Notes: a model not told the origin generated them from the letters alone. A stretch of DNA of 40,883 nucleotides from an uncultured Thermococci archaeon (GCA_964398955.1 CAYNOZ010000004.1:1-40883); one strand, 5' to 3'. Counted from the stretch's first letter, positions 1 through 9,646 are shown. Made by a program: numbers and translations.

Positions 1-240
1 CCTACCTAAATCAAAGATTGAGGAAGGGGACTTCTCACCAAATAAGTTAAATTTTGTTCGTCTTGATGTCTCGGTATGTTTCTTGGTGTAACTCCATTTT
101 GTTGTAATTATTATCACCGTTCTCACTCCATACATCTTCTACAACTCTATTACAATTTTTTTTTAAACTGTGTAAATGTCTCTAGCAATTTATTCTTATC
201 GTCACTACTCATATCCAGTTAAATTCACTGTTTTCTTGAG
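1..240 (-). mobile_element. Degenerate, internally deleted IS200/IS605-family (tnpB) remnant running off the window edge
   Basis: Allowing two frameshifts (one in the T9 run at 156-164), the minus strand reads LKKTVNL..LDMSSDDKNKLLETFTQFKKNCNRVVEDVWSENGDNNYNKMELHQETYRDIK, which resembles archaeal TnpB N-termini. It is followed directly by GAAGTCCCCTTCC...GGTAGG (34->1), resembling an IS605 right-end hairpin. Confidence 0.55.
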
Positions 241-392
241 TTAATCCGACATATTCACATATATGTTTCTAAAGTATGTAAACATTAAGAATAATAACAT
301 ACACCAATTCTTCCCAAAAGTAATAACATTAGAGGGATCCAGTGATAACCTATGATCTTTAAGTTCCTATTCATTAATGTAGTGGGGATAAA

Positions 393-1124
393 TTGAGCTT
401 AAAGGCATTAGGATTTTCAGGTTATAAGAATAGCGGTAAAACTAGTATCATTATTGAAACCGCTCGAATCTTAAAGAATAGTAATTACAGGGTTGGAATA
501 ATTAAGAATTTACATGGGTACTCTATAGATAAAGAAGATTCTGATACTTGGAAGCATAGAAAGGTTGCTGACTTTGTAGGATCAATCGGTGAAGAAGGGG
601 CAGTTCTTTTCAATAAGCCTGATTCATTAGAAGAATTAATTAAGATTATGCCAAAGGTTGATATTCTACTTATTGAAGGGTTTAAAAACGAGAAAACTTT
701 CCCAAAAATAATACTTCCTCGGTCCAGCTCAGAGATTCAGGAATTATCCGATGGACTTGAATTGGGGGTGTATGTTGAAGATTCTGACTATGATCTAGAA
801 GAAGAGGGAACTAAAAAAATTAGTAATCCAGAAGAGATAGCTGACCTAGTAGAAGATAAGGGATTTAAATTACCGAACGTTAATTGTGGTGACTGTGGAT
901 TTAACTGTTATGAGTTAGCCAAAGAAATAGAGAACGGTAATAAATCAGTGTATGAATGTGTTCAATTAGAAAAAGAAGTTAAAATTTACATAAATAATAA
1001 GGAATTAGATCTAAAAGGATGGGTACAAGGAATAGTTAAGAACACCATAATTGGAATGCTATCTTCACTCAAAGGATTTGAAAACGGAAAAATAGAAATA
1101 GAGATAGAAAACAGTGAAGAATGA
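393..1124 (+). CDS. mobB: Molybdopterin-guanine dinucleotide biosynthesis protein B with C-terminal Fe-S motif
   Basis: P-loop GYKNSGKT, D..DT.KH and LIEGFK motifs; C-terminal CGDCGFNC...C cluster; TTG start. Confidence 0.85.
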   Translation: MSLKALGFSGYKNSGKTSIIIETARILKNSNYRVGIIKNLHGYSIDKEDSDTWKHRKVADFVGSIGEEGAVLFNKPDSLEELIKIMPKVDILLIEGFKNEKTFPKIILPRSSSEIQELSDGLELGVYVEDSDYDLEEEGTKKISNPEEIADLVEDKGFKLPNVNCGDCGFNCYELAKEIENGNKSVYECVQLEKEVKIYINNKELDLKGWVQGIVKNTIIGMLSSLKGFENGKIEIEIENSEE

Positions 1125-1948
1125 TAATCATGAATAAAATAGCCTTAAAAATTGCCTATGACGGGGAAAAATTCCATGGATCACAGACACAGCCCAAGGT
1201 ACACACAGTTGAAGATGAAATAAAAAAAGGCCTTGACAAAATAAAAACCTCATATAAAAATATTAAAGCCGCATCAAGAACTGATAAAGGAGTAAGTGCA
1301 ATAGGAAACGTTATAAGCCTAAAAACAGAATTCAATCCAGAAAAAATTCAAAGAGCATTAAATTCACAAACTAAAAACACATGGATAATAGGAACAAAAA
1401 AAGTTCCAAAACAATTCAACCCACGAAAACAAGCAAAAACAAAACATTACAGATACTACCTACCTAATCCAAAAGAAAAATACTGTATAAAAAAAGTTAA
1501 AGAAGCATCAAACATATTCGAAGGACAACAAAACTTCAAAAACTTCAGCAAATCTAAAAAAAATAACTATAATACCACCCGTGAAATAAAGAAAATTAAA
1601 GTAAAAGAAAAAGAAATAGGAGGCCATAAACTAATAGTATTAGATTTCTACGGAAAATCATTCCTATGGCAAATGATTAGAAGAATAGTCACAGGAATTA
1701 GAAAATACTCCAAAGACAGATTAACACGTCAAGATCTAATAAAAAGACTAAAAGTTAAGAAAAATAAGGGCATAGAACCATCATCCCCACAAAATTTAAT
1801 ACTAATAAAAATCAAATTCGAAAAACTAAAATTTAAACATAAAAAAGCACCTAATAAAATAATTAAAGAAAAATTGCAAAAAAAGTTATTTAAAAACCTT
1901 ATAAGACTACAACAAGCGGAAGATATCGTTAATGAACTTCCAGAATAA
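1121..1948 (+). CDS. truA: tRNA pseudouridine(38-40) synthase
   Basis: IAYDGEKFHGSQ, ASRTDKGVSA, YRYYL and FLWQMIRRIV motifs; ATGA overlap with mobB. Confidence 0.92.
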   Translation: MIIMNKIALKIAYDGEKFHGSQTQPKVHTVEDEIKKGLDKIKTSYKNIKAASRTDKGVSAIGNVISLKTEFNPEKIQRALNSQTKNTWIIGTKKVPKQFNPRKQAKTKHYRYYLPNPKEKYCIKKVKEASNIFEGQQNFKNFSKSKKNNYNTTREIKKIKVKEKEIGGHKLIVLDFYGKSFLWQMIRRIVTGIRKYSKDRLTRQDLIKRLKVKKNKGIEPSSPQNLILIKIKFEKLKFKHKKAPNKIIKEKLQKKLFKNLIRLQQAEDIVNELPE

Positions 1949-2384
1949 TTTTCAATTCCCTTTCAGAATCCTTTAAACTCTGAATAAACCCTCGGGGAAA
2001 ATCAGCAGAAGAATAATCTGCATTAATCATCAAAGTTCTAGAACAAGTATAACTACTTGTTCTCCCCACTAAATCAGTTCCATGATCATAAGATAGTTCA
2101 GAATCACCCTCACCTTCTACAACCAAAAACGGTCCCTCATCTGATCCATTAACCAGAAAAAATTTAGCCACCACCTTAGCATCATCTTCCGAAGCTTTTT
2201 CCTTAAATTTTTGACTTAAATCAATAGCTCCTTTATCAGAATTAGTGCAGATAATACAATCAGCAGATTCGCCAATCTCTTCATCTTTAGTTATCTCAAA
2301 AGTGGATTCATGTTCAGCTGAAACATTTTTATGTCCAAAACATCTAATTTTTTCTCTAGCTTTAGGTTCATCTTTTTTAACCAT
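1929..2384 (-). CDS. DUF371 domain protein
   Basis: GHKNVSAEHESTFEITKD...ADCII and RTSSYTCSRTLMINAD motifs. ATG 2384 has a GAGGCGG SD; the ORF track starts it at 2402. Confidence 0.8.
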   Translation of the reverse strand: MVKKDEPKAREKIRCFGHKNVSAEHESTFEITKDEEIGESADCIICTNSDKGAIDLSQKFKEKASEDDAKVVAKFFLVNGSDEGPFLVVEGEGDSELSYDHGTDLVGRTSSYTCSRTLMINADYSSADFPRGFIQSLKDSERELKIILEVH

Positions 2385-2649
2385 AATTACCGCCTCAAAC
2401 AATAAATTAGGCTTCTTACTCTACTAGAACATATAAACTGATTTATATAATCTAATACAATAACTTAGAGTTTGATATATTAAAATATAATCGAATTTAT
2501 AATCGAGTTTTTATAATTATACCACATGATTTTTTTGGAGTTCTTTGAATCTTTATATTCTTAATTTTAAGAATCGTTGTTAATTTTAGATGTTGGTATT
2601 AGAGTAATAAAGATATTTAAGAGTTGAAAATTTGGATAATGTTTACTAT

Positions 2650-2988
2650 TTATATTTTGGATTTTATTGTGTTTTTGAAGTTTTGGAAGTTTGGTACTCC
2701 TATTGATTCTACTTCGTCGTTTACTAGGACTGTTGGTGTTCCCATTATTTTATGTTTTTTGGCTTTTTCTTTTCCTTTTTTGGTGGTTATGCTTACTTCT
2801 TCTGATTTTACTTTTTCGTGTTTTTTGGCGAGGTCTTCTGCCATTTGAACTGCTTTTGGGCAGTGTGGGCATCCTGGTGATGTTATTACTTCTATGTGTA
2901 CTTTTTCGGTTTTTGAGGTTGATTTTCCTTGTAAATTGTTTTTTATTTCTTTCATTTTCTTTTCCTTTATTTCATCGATATCTTTCAT
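2650..2988 (-). CDS. Thioredoxin/glutaredoxin-like protein (archaeal MJ0307-like)
   Basis: SPGCPHCP active site, cis-Pro GTPT and IGVP; GGTGAG SD. Confidence 0.85.
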   Translation of the reverse strand: MKDIDEIKEKKMKEIKNNLQGKSTSKTEKVHIEVITSPGCPHCPKAVQMAEDLAKKHEKVKSEEVSITTKKGKEKAKKHKIMGTPTVLVNDEVESIGVPNFQNFKNTIKSKI

Positions 2989-3108
2989 TTTCTCACCATC
3001 GGATAAACTGAGACCAATATTTTTAAACCTTTCGTTTCAATGTATATCTAAGAAAAAAATCCACAAAAAGATTTAAAATAAAAATTTTAAAGACAAAAGA
3101 GTTTTTCA

Positions 3109-3786
3109 TTAACTTCCGACTGGTTCAGCTAAAAACTTTATATCAAATGCAAATTTATCTCCTTGATATTCGTTCTTAGTATCGCTTAAAAGATGATAGC
3201 CCTGTCTAATTTCCATTCTATGACCAGGTCTTAACTCTCCAAGATCTATCCATCCCCCGTTAATTTTACCAACCGTCATTGAATCCCCTTGAACAAATTC
3301 AATACCAGATCTAATTAATTCATTTGAACCATCATATACATTGTAATTCAGGCTATAATCAGTAACATTATGTAAATCATCTACGGGTCCACCAATTTCC
3401 TCTTCCGCAACTTGCTCAGGTTCATTATAAATTCCAGTTCCCCAATCAGTAACATTCACCATCTTATAGACCCTAGCTGTTTCAGTTCCATTATTATGCA
3501 CGGATATTTCAATATATCCTGTCCCATATCCAGGTAACATATAGCTTAGTGAAGTTGTTCCATTCCAAACAATCATATCCCCTACAGTTATGTTAACTGT
3601 TCCGGTATCAACCGAATTTGAATCTGCTAATGCATAAGTGTAGATCTTAAGATTTTCTTCATCAATAGATAACTCTGCCCCAACCCATTCATCATTAGAA
3701 AAGTAGTAAAAGGAACTAAAACCAACCAATAGTAATACCAATATCGCTACTACAGTTCTCTTCAAATTCAAACTTTTAAATCTCAT
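3109..3786 (-). CDS. TasA/CalY-like exported subunit with N-terminal hydrophobic anchor (paralogue D)
   Basis: Clear paralogue of 7641-8354: shares VYKMVNVTDWG, EPE, DDLHNVTDYSL, LGEL.PG...Q.YH and NEYQGD.F.FD..F.A. Signal region ends in YYFSND. Confidence 0.7.
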   Translation of the reverse strand: MRFKSLNLKRTVVAILVLLLVGFSSFYYFSNDEWVGAELSIDEENLKIYTYALADSNSVDTGTVNITVGDMIVWNGTTSLSYMLPGYGTGYIEISVHNNGTETARVYKMVNVTDWGTGIYNEPEQVAEEEIGGPVDDLHNVTDYSLNYNVYDGSNELIRSGIEFVQGDSMTVGKINGGWIDLGELRPGHRMEIRQGYHLLSDTKNEYQGDKFAFDIKFLAEPVGS

Positions 3787-3825
3787 TCTAAATCCTCCAA
3801 TTTAATTAATTTCTTCATTTCTTTT

Positions 3826-5388
3826 TTACTCATTATTTGAAGTTAGGATAACGTTATTGCTTCCAAAGTACCCGATATTTTCTTTAGTAATCCCAATTAT
3901 TTTTCCTAAATTCTTTCCATCTTCAAAACCAGTCCCTTCTATTGGGAATCGTAGTATCGCATCATTAATTCCATCCTTATTTATATCTTCAAAGAAAATG
4001 TCAGAACTAATTGTAAGAACTCCTCCATCATCATTTAAAACTCCTGGAGTACCTAGTTTAACTCTGTCAATATCTATTTTACTTGAATTAAAATTCGAAG
4101 ATCCGTATATTCCTACTTCAACTTCGCCATCAAGATATAAATCCTCATCAAATGGGTTAATAATACAATCTATTTTTACAGAATCTTTAACATCTGCAGA
4201 ACTTAAATCTAAATTTCTTTCTTCACTACTTGATAGATTAGGTTTATTGCTACTTTCATCATCACCAGGTTCGTTACCATTACTATTGATAGGATTATTA
4301 CTGTCTTGAGAACTATTTATCCTTATAGTGCCATTAGAATTCTCTATATCATAGAAATAGTTTTCCTCAAATTCAACGGATTCATTATATGGATTGTTGA
4401 TTTGTCTAGCCATGAAAATTATCTTCAAATCTAGTATCGCATCTTGAAATTCATTCATCTCTGATATATTCAAATGATAATCTTGTGAAACATCCATCCA
4501 CTCTCCACTATCTAGTACCCCTAAATCCATCCAAGTACCTTTCACGTCAGAAACTGTTACGTTTTGATTGTATATGACATTCTCATCGTTATTAATTTCG
4601 GTTATTAAGCTGTAATCAATATTATTTCCTAATTCATCTCCTTGAATTATCTCTCCACTAGTTACATAGAAAGTATGATTATAAGTCCCATTCCCATTAT
4701 CTGTTACATTATCAAATCTAACTGTAAAACCTATCGAATCAGTTAACTCAGTACCAATACTATTAAACGTTGAATTAGCTATTTTTGTAGCTGCCTTTGT
4801 AAAAACAGTCACATTCTCACATTTATCATCTAAAATTATAGTAAAGGAATCTTTTTCTACAAAACCATCTTCTCCTAACCCATCTCCATTTGCTTCAAAT
4901 TTAACAGAGGATAAGTTTTTGAAATGCATATTGGTTGGAGGCAATTTACCGGCTGGAACTTCAACATTATAACTTGCTTGATATGATCCGTCCCCCCAAA
5001 TTTCTCTATCCACTTGATATAAATCACCGTCTTCAGGATTTATAACGGCTAAATCATTATTACAAGTAAAATCGAATACAATATAGCTTAATGCGTGAGG
5101 TACTTTCTGTATTATGGACCCATTAAGATTAATTTTCTTATATATTCTAGATGGATTCGTTCCTTCATTAAATATGCTAACATTAGCCCAACCCACCTCT
5201 TCTGATGAAATATCAATTTCAAAGTATTTATTCCAAGGATTCTGATCGTTAATACTTATATCTATTGTACCCGCCTCTACATTAGCACTAGAATACTCTG
5301 AATCATTATAAATTGCTGTTGTACCTAATCCGAAAACCATTGAAATTAATCCTATCACCATAATACTTATTAATAATTTTTTTCTCAT
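3826..5388 (-). CDS. SipW-dependent TasA/CalY-like protein with inserted domain and C-terminal DxNxDG-containing domain (paralogue C)
   Basis: SipW-class signal LGTTA/IYNDSE..AGTIDISI. The TasA-like core is split by a ~150-aa insert, followed by an Asn/Ser-rich linker and a C-terminal EDINKDGINDAILRF motif. Confidence 0.75.
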   Translation of the reverse strand: MRKKLLISIMVIGLISMVFGLGTTAIYNDSEYSSANVEAGTIDISINDQNPWNKYFEIDISSEEVGWANVSIFNEGTNPSRIYKKINLNGSIIQKVPHALSYIVFDFTCNNDLAVINPEDGDLYQVDREIWGDGSYQASYNVEVPAGKLPPTNMHFKNLSSVKFEANGDGLGEDGFVEKDSFTIILDDKCENVTVFTKAATKIANSTFNSIGTELTDSIGFTVRFDNVTDNGNGTYNHTFYVTSGEIIQGDELGNNIDYSLITEINNDENVIYNQNVTVSDVKGTWMDLGVLDSGEWMDVSQDYHLNISEMNEFQDAILDLKIIFMARQINNPYNESVEFEENYFYDIENSNGTIRINSSQDSNNPINSNGNEPGDDESSNKPNLSSSEERNLDLSSADVKDSVKIDCIINPFDEDLYLDGEVEVGIYGSSNFNSSKIDIDRVKLGTPGVLNDDGGVLTISSDIFFEDINKDGINDAILRFPIEGTGFEDGKNLGKIIGITKENIGYFGSNNVILTSNNE

Positions 5389-5451
5389 TCCTCACACCCC
5401 ATTTCATCCTTTCAAGAAATATAAAGTAAAATATAAGTTCAATTTTAATTA

Positions 5452-5973
5452 TTAAGATTTTACTTCTTTTTTCTCCTTATTACTTCTTTTAATTACTTTA
5501 TTTATTTCCATAACCACTAAAATTATTGAAGGAATAATTACTAAACCAATAAAACCATAGAAAGTACCAGCATACAGAATGATATGTCCCAACATAGGGA
5601 TTCTGAACATCATCTCCCCCATCAATTCCTCCTCAAACACTGGACTTAAATCCGGACCTTCTGTAGCATCACCCTTAGTAATAAGCGATATTACGTTCCC
5701 ATTACTCATTCTTCTTTCAATAACTCTATGAGTGATCTTCATACTACCTCTATCATATGTAACAATATCTCCAACCTCTACATCATCTATATCAACTTCC
5801 TTCACTATTATTACATCGCCAGGTTTGATATTAGGCTCCATACTACTACCCTTAACGATATAAGAATTATTACCACCAATTAACGGAGGAAAACCATAAA
5901 CTACAAATGGCATAACAAATAAGATAACAACTGCGATAGATAACAATTTTAACTTCGATATGTTAAAGTTCAT
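5452..5973 (-). CDS. sipW: Signal peptidase I, SipW/Sec11 (S26B) type
   Basis: GSSMEP (catalytic Ser), GDIVTY, ITHRVI (catalytic His), TKGD and RIPMLG; N- and C-terminal TM helices; sits among SipW-class substrates. Confidence 0.88.
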   Translation of the reverse strand: MNFNISKLKLLSIAVVILFVMPFVVYGFPPLIGGNNSYIVKGSSMEPNIKPGDVIIVKEVDIDDVEVGDIVTYDRGSMKITHRVIERRMSNGNVISLITKGDATEGPDLSPVFEEELMGEMMFRIPMLGHIILYAGTFYGFIGLVIIPSIILVVMEINKVIKRSNKEKKEVKS

Positions 5974-6061
5974 TTTTTCTCACATCTTTAATTCAATTAA
6001 TTCAACATTAAAAAAAGAAAAAAGGAAATATGAATATCTATTTTCAATTTAAATACTTATT

Positions 6062-7501
6062 CTATTGTTGCTCTTCATCTGGTTCTATTACTGAGTCTGG
6101 ATCTGGGCATATTACTCCAACAGCCATGTCACCATATCCAACAGTATGTGGAGTCATTCCAAAGTATGGTTCATATGCAACTGCATCTCCGGTGTCTCTA
6201 TCGACTACATATATGTTACCTGAAGTTTCGAATCCGTTGGTGGATCCTACTAATGCTCCAGTACCTGCCTCTCTAATAGCTATTCCTGTGAAGTAGTCTG
6301 GTGCCGGTGATGGTTCGGTTGCTAAAGTTGCAGTCATTGTATCTAAGTCTATGTTGTAGAAAGCGTCATCAGCGTTTGTGTACAGTATTAGGTCTCCGTA
6401 GGCGTCAAATATTAAGTCAGCTCCTTGAACATCAAGAGTTCCACCTTCAACTATACTTACAGTTCCTAAAACGCTTCCAGATGGAGAATTTGGATCAATT
6501 GTTACTATTTCATCGGTATCGTCACTTGCTCCGTATATAAGACCGTCTTCTGGGTTTACTGCTCCTAGAACTATTTGTTTTTCTGCTACAGGAGTTCCTG
6601 AGTAATCTACTCCGTTGTCAAATGTTTCTGTTACTAGATCGTAGGTTCCTAATTGGTCCGTGTTTTTGTCCCATAGGTATAGTTCTTTTCCATCGTTTGA
6701 TGATGATAGTGAGTCTACGTTATCCCAAGCTCCTGAATCTACTTCAAACATTTTGTTTAAGTATGCTCTTTGTTCTGAGTCGTCGAGAACTACTTCAAAT
6801 ATTGTGGTTCCATCTTCTGCTCCTTCTCCACCTGGTCCGCTGTCACTTAGGTATATTGTTTCTACTCCGCTGCAGTCTCCACATTCTTCTGGGTCGTTGA
6901 CTTGTTGTGCGTAGAAGTGCATGTCAAATGTCATGTTGTCTCCTTGCGCCCAGTTAGTTGTTTCATTAAACATATGGTATCTCTGAGTTACTACAGCATA
7001 TCCGCCATCCCCTGGTATTACTCCTAATTTGTACTCTTCTTCGTCAACACCAAGTAGTAAATGTCCCATAAGAATATCTTTTTGTTCTACTAATGTTTCA
7101 TTTGCGTCATATATTTCAACGTGATTCCAGTATTCAATTGCTGCACTAATTTTGTTTATTTCATTTTCTGGATCTTCTGCTAGTTCTGATTCTGGGTGGA
7201 GTCCTCCTCCGTACCCTGTGATGTTAATCATTTTACATACAATAGCATCGTTTGTTCCAACGTTCTTGATTGTTACATTTGTCCATTGTTGATACATTTC
7301 AGATGGTTTCATATCCTCTAATGTGAATGAACTCATCCAAGGATTTTCATTATCGATTGCTATGTCTATTGTTCCTGCTTGTAGTGTGTTGTCTTCTGCT
7401 GACTCTACATCACTGAAAAAAGCTAATGTTCCGTACCCTGCCATTGCTGAAATCAGTCCTATTATCATTAGACTTGCTAAGAATCCTTTGTTATAATTCA
7501 T
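6062..7501 (-). CDS. SipW-dependent TasA/CalY-like protein with C-terminal beta-propeller-like domain (paralogue B, putative adhesin)
   Basis: YGTLA/FFSDVESAEDNTLQAGTIDI signal and N-terminal strand; TasA-like core; CGDC linker; repeated blade-like segments (SSNDGKELYLWD, VNPEDGLIYG, FDAYGDLIL). ATG 7501 follows a GAGGTGA SD. Confidence 0.75.
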   Translation of the reverse strand: MNYNKGFLASLMIIGLISAMAGYGTLAFFSDVESAEDNTLQAGTIDIAIDNENPWMSSFTLEDMKPSEMYQQWTNVTIKNVGTNDAIVCKMINITGYGGGLHPESELAEDPENEINKISAAIEYWNHVEIYDANETLVEQKDILMGHLLLGVDEEEYKLGVIPGDGGYAVVTQRYHMFNETTNWAQGDNMTFDMHFYAQQVNDPEECGDCSGVETIYLSDSGPGGEGAEDGTTIFEVVLDDSEQRAYLNKMFEVDSGAWDNVDSLSSSNDGKELYLWDKNTDQLGTYDLVTETFDNGVDYSGTPVAEKQIVLGAVNPEDGLIYGASDDTDEIVTIDPNSPSGSVLGTVSIVEGGTLDVQGADLIFDAYGDLILYTNADDAFYNIDLDTMTATLATEPSPAPDYFTGIAIREAGTGALVGSTNGFETSGNIYVVDRDTGDAVAYEPYFGMTPHTVGYGDMAVGVICPDPDSVIEPDEEQQ

Positions 7502-7571
7502 TTTCTTTTCACCTCTTATATTATTAAACACTAATATCTCCTAAGATCCTGTTAAACAGAAAAGGAGGCAT

Positions 7572-7601
7572 AAAAAAGGAATATTAATTTATTAATACTC
7601 C
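7572..7601 (-). terminator. Hairpin plus U-tract terminator/attenuator after the first fibre-subunit gene
   Basis: Minus strand GGAGTATTAA-TAAA-TTAATATTCC followed by TTTTTT; 10-bp stem with one G.U pair. Confidence 0.6.
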
Positions 7602-7640
7602 TATAATACTATAAAAACATTGTTAATTCTATTATATTCT

Positions 7641-8354
7641 CTAATTTTGTACTTCTTGTTCTAAGACAGGTTCAAATTCGGTTATGGTTGAGTCATCGTT
7701 TAGTTGTAGTGCCATAAACATTACATCAAAGCTGAATTCGTCTCCTTGGTATTCGTTTCCTGCTTCGGCGATTATGTGGTAGTCTTGGTTAATGACCATG
7801 ACTGCTCCTGGTGCTAGTTCTCCAAAGAACATCCAAGTATTTGCGATGTCACTAACTAAGGTTCCATCTTCTTGTTCATGTACTATCCAACTGTCAGAAA
7901 CATTGCCTGCTTCGAATTCTGATTCGTTTGCGTATATTTTTACTTCTAAGCTGTAGTCAGTTACGTTATGTATATCGTCTATTCTTCCTTCCATTTCTGC
8001 TTCCCATTCTGGTTCTGATGAATACATTTCTTCAGTCTCTGGGTCCGTGAATCTTTCTAGTCCTGGTCCCCAGTCTACAACGTCTACCATTTTGAATATT
8101 TTTGCTGGGTTTGTTCCAACGTTTCTGATTGTTACGTTAATGTATTCTGTTCTTTCACATGGTTTCATGTCTAAGAATTCGTAGGTTGCGTTCCATGGGT
8201 TTTCCCCGTCTACGGATATGTCTATTGTTCCTGCTTGAAGTGTGTTGTCTTCTGCTGATTCTATGTCACTGAAGTATGCGTAGGTTCCTCCTCCTACTAC
8301 TAGTCCTATTAATCCGATTATTAATAGGCTTGATAAAATTTGCTTGGTTATCAT
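7641..8354 (-). CDS. SipW-dependent TasA/CalY (camelysin-like) family protein, putative major fibre subunit (paralogue A)
   Basis: Canonical SipW-cognate signal GGGTYA/YFSD followed by NTLQAGTIDISV and N.GTNP; GGAGGT SD; several N-x-T/S sequons. Confidence 0.82.
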   Translation of the reverse strand: MITKQILSSLLIIGLIGLVVGGGTYAYFSDIESAEDNTLQAGTIDISVDGENPWNATYEFLDMKPCERTEYINVTIRNVGTNPAKIFKMVDVVDWGPGLERFTDPETEEMYSSEPEWEAEMEGRIDDIHNVTDYSLEVKIYANESEFEAGNVSDSWIVHEQEDGTLVSDIANTWMFFGELAPGAVMVINQDYHIIAEAGNEYQGDEFSFDVMFMALQLNDDSTITEFEPVLEQEVQN

Positions 8355-8815
8355 TTCTTTTAACCTCCTTATAGTTAAGAATCATATATTAGAATATAAA
8401 TACCGACTACACTATACATATTATTAGTTTAGAGTAGTTAAAATATTTTTATAACAGATTTTAGAACATATGATTTTCACATATGAGTACAAGATATGTA
8501 AATTACATATATAAAAGTCAGAGTATTAACCATATAAAAAAAATAAGTTTTTAATGTAATAAAAATAGCTACAAAATACCCTATTAAAAGTTAACTAGTG
8601 TTAAAATATGTATTATAAACAATAAACCGATGAAAAAAACGTTATAATAAATAAACTTTCAAAGCATAATATAACTACAACTCTAAAATTGAATTAGGAC
8701 ATATGCAATTATATTAAAGCATAAAATATGTTTGAAACACTTTTAGAGTTTATAGTAAACATCTAATAAGGTATTTAAACTTAAAATTAGATAATATTCA
8801 GATAGGTAGATTTTA

Positions 8816-9025
8816 ATGAAGGAAATAGAAAAAACACTTCGATCATTAAAAGATAAAAAATGGCATAATTTGAATAACATAAAAGAGTCTTCAAATTTGT
8901 CTCAAGATAAAATAAATTTAATTATAAAATTTCTAGAAAAACAGAAATTTGCTAAGTTAAATTCTAAAAAAGATCAAATTAAAATCACAACTCTAGGAAT
9001 GGATTATATAAATTTGCCGACTTAA
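8816..9025 (+). CDS. Small winged-helix DNA-binding protein
   Basis: 69 aa; helix-turn-helix then wing (IIKFLEKQKFAKL...IKITTLGMDY); divergent from the fibre operon. Confidence 0.6.
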   Translation: MKEIEKTLRSLKDKKWHNLNNIKESSNLSQDKINLIIKFLEKQKFAKLNSKKDQIKITTLGMDYINLPT

Positions 9026-9052
9026 TATTATATAATTTAACTTGAATTATTT

Positions 9053-9307
9053 TTATTCAGCTCTTCCTGTTATTGATTCTACTTTTTCTAGTTCTTCCAA
9101 TAACTCTCTGCCTTTTTCTGTTATTTTGTATTCATTTCCTGGGTTTCCACATTTTTCTATGTACCCATTTTCTCTAAGAAATTTAAAGTATTTTTTAAAT
9201 GTTCTCCAGTCGAGAAATGCCATTTGCATTATCTTTGTTTTTCGGCTTCGGTTTTTGTTCTCAAGTCCTTTCAAAATATCTAAGAAAATTTCCCATCGAC
9301 CTCTCAT
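9053..9307 (-). CDS. Winged helix-turn-helix transcriptional regulator (HTH_45-like archaeal family)
   Basis: R.R.EI..DIL, KTKIM...LDW.TF.KY...L...GYI and YKITEKGRELL pattern. Confidence 0.8.
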   Translation of the reverse strand: MRGRWEIFLDILKGLENKNRSRKTKIMQMAFLDWRTFKKYFKFLRENGYIEKCGNPGNEYKITEKGRELLEELEKVESITGRAE

Positions 9308-9646
9308 ATCTAAACCCCTTAACTAAATCTTATTAATTCCTTTATATAAATGAACTTAATAAAAGTTGATTTATATTTGTTCATCATTATTTTTTAAAAT
9401 ATATTAATCTTATCTATTTAATATTAATATTCTGATATATTTATAACTTACGTAAATCTTTTAGCTATTAACAATCTATTTAGAGGAAGATATAAGTAAT
9501 AGTTTCGTAAATTGTCAAAACATTGCTAAAAAGATAAGCTAACAAATCCAAGAAACTTATCTTTTTATCATCTATCTCATCTCATTAAATAAGATTTAAT
9601 TTACTGCAAACATTAGTTTTAAATACCATTATTCTTTTCTCTTTAT

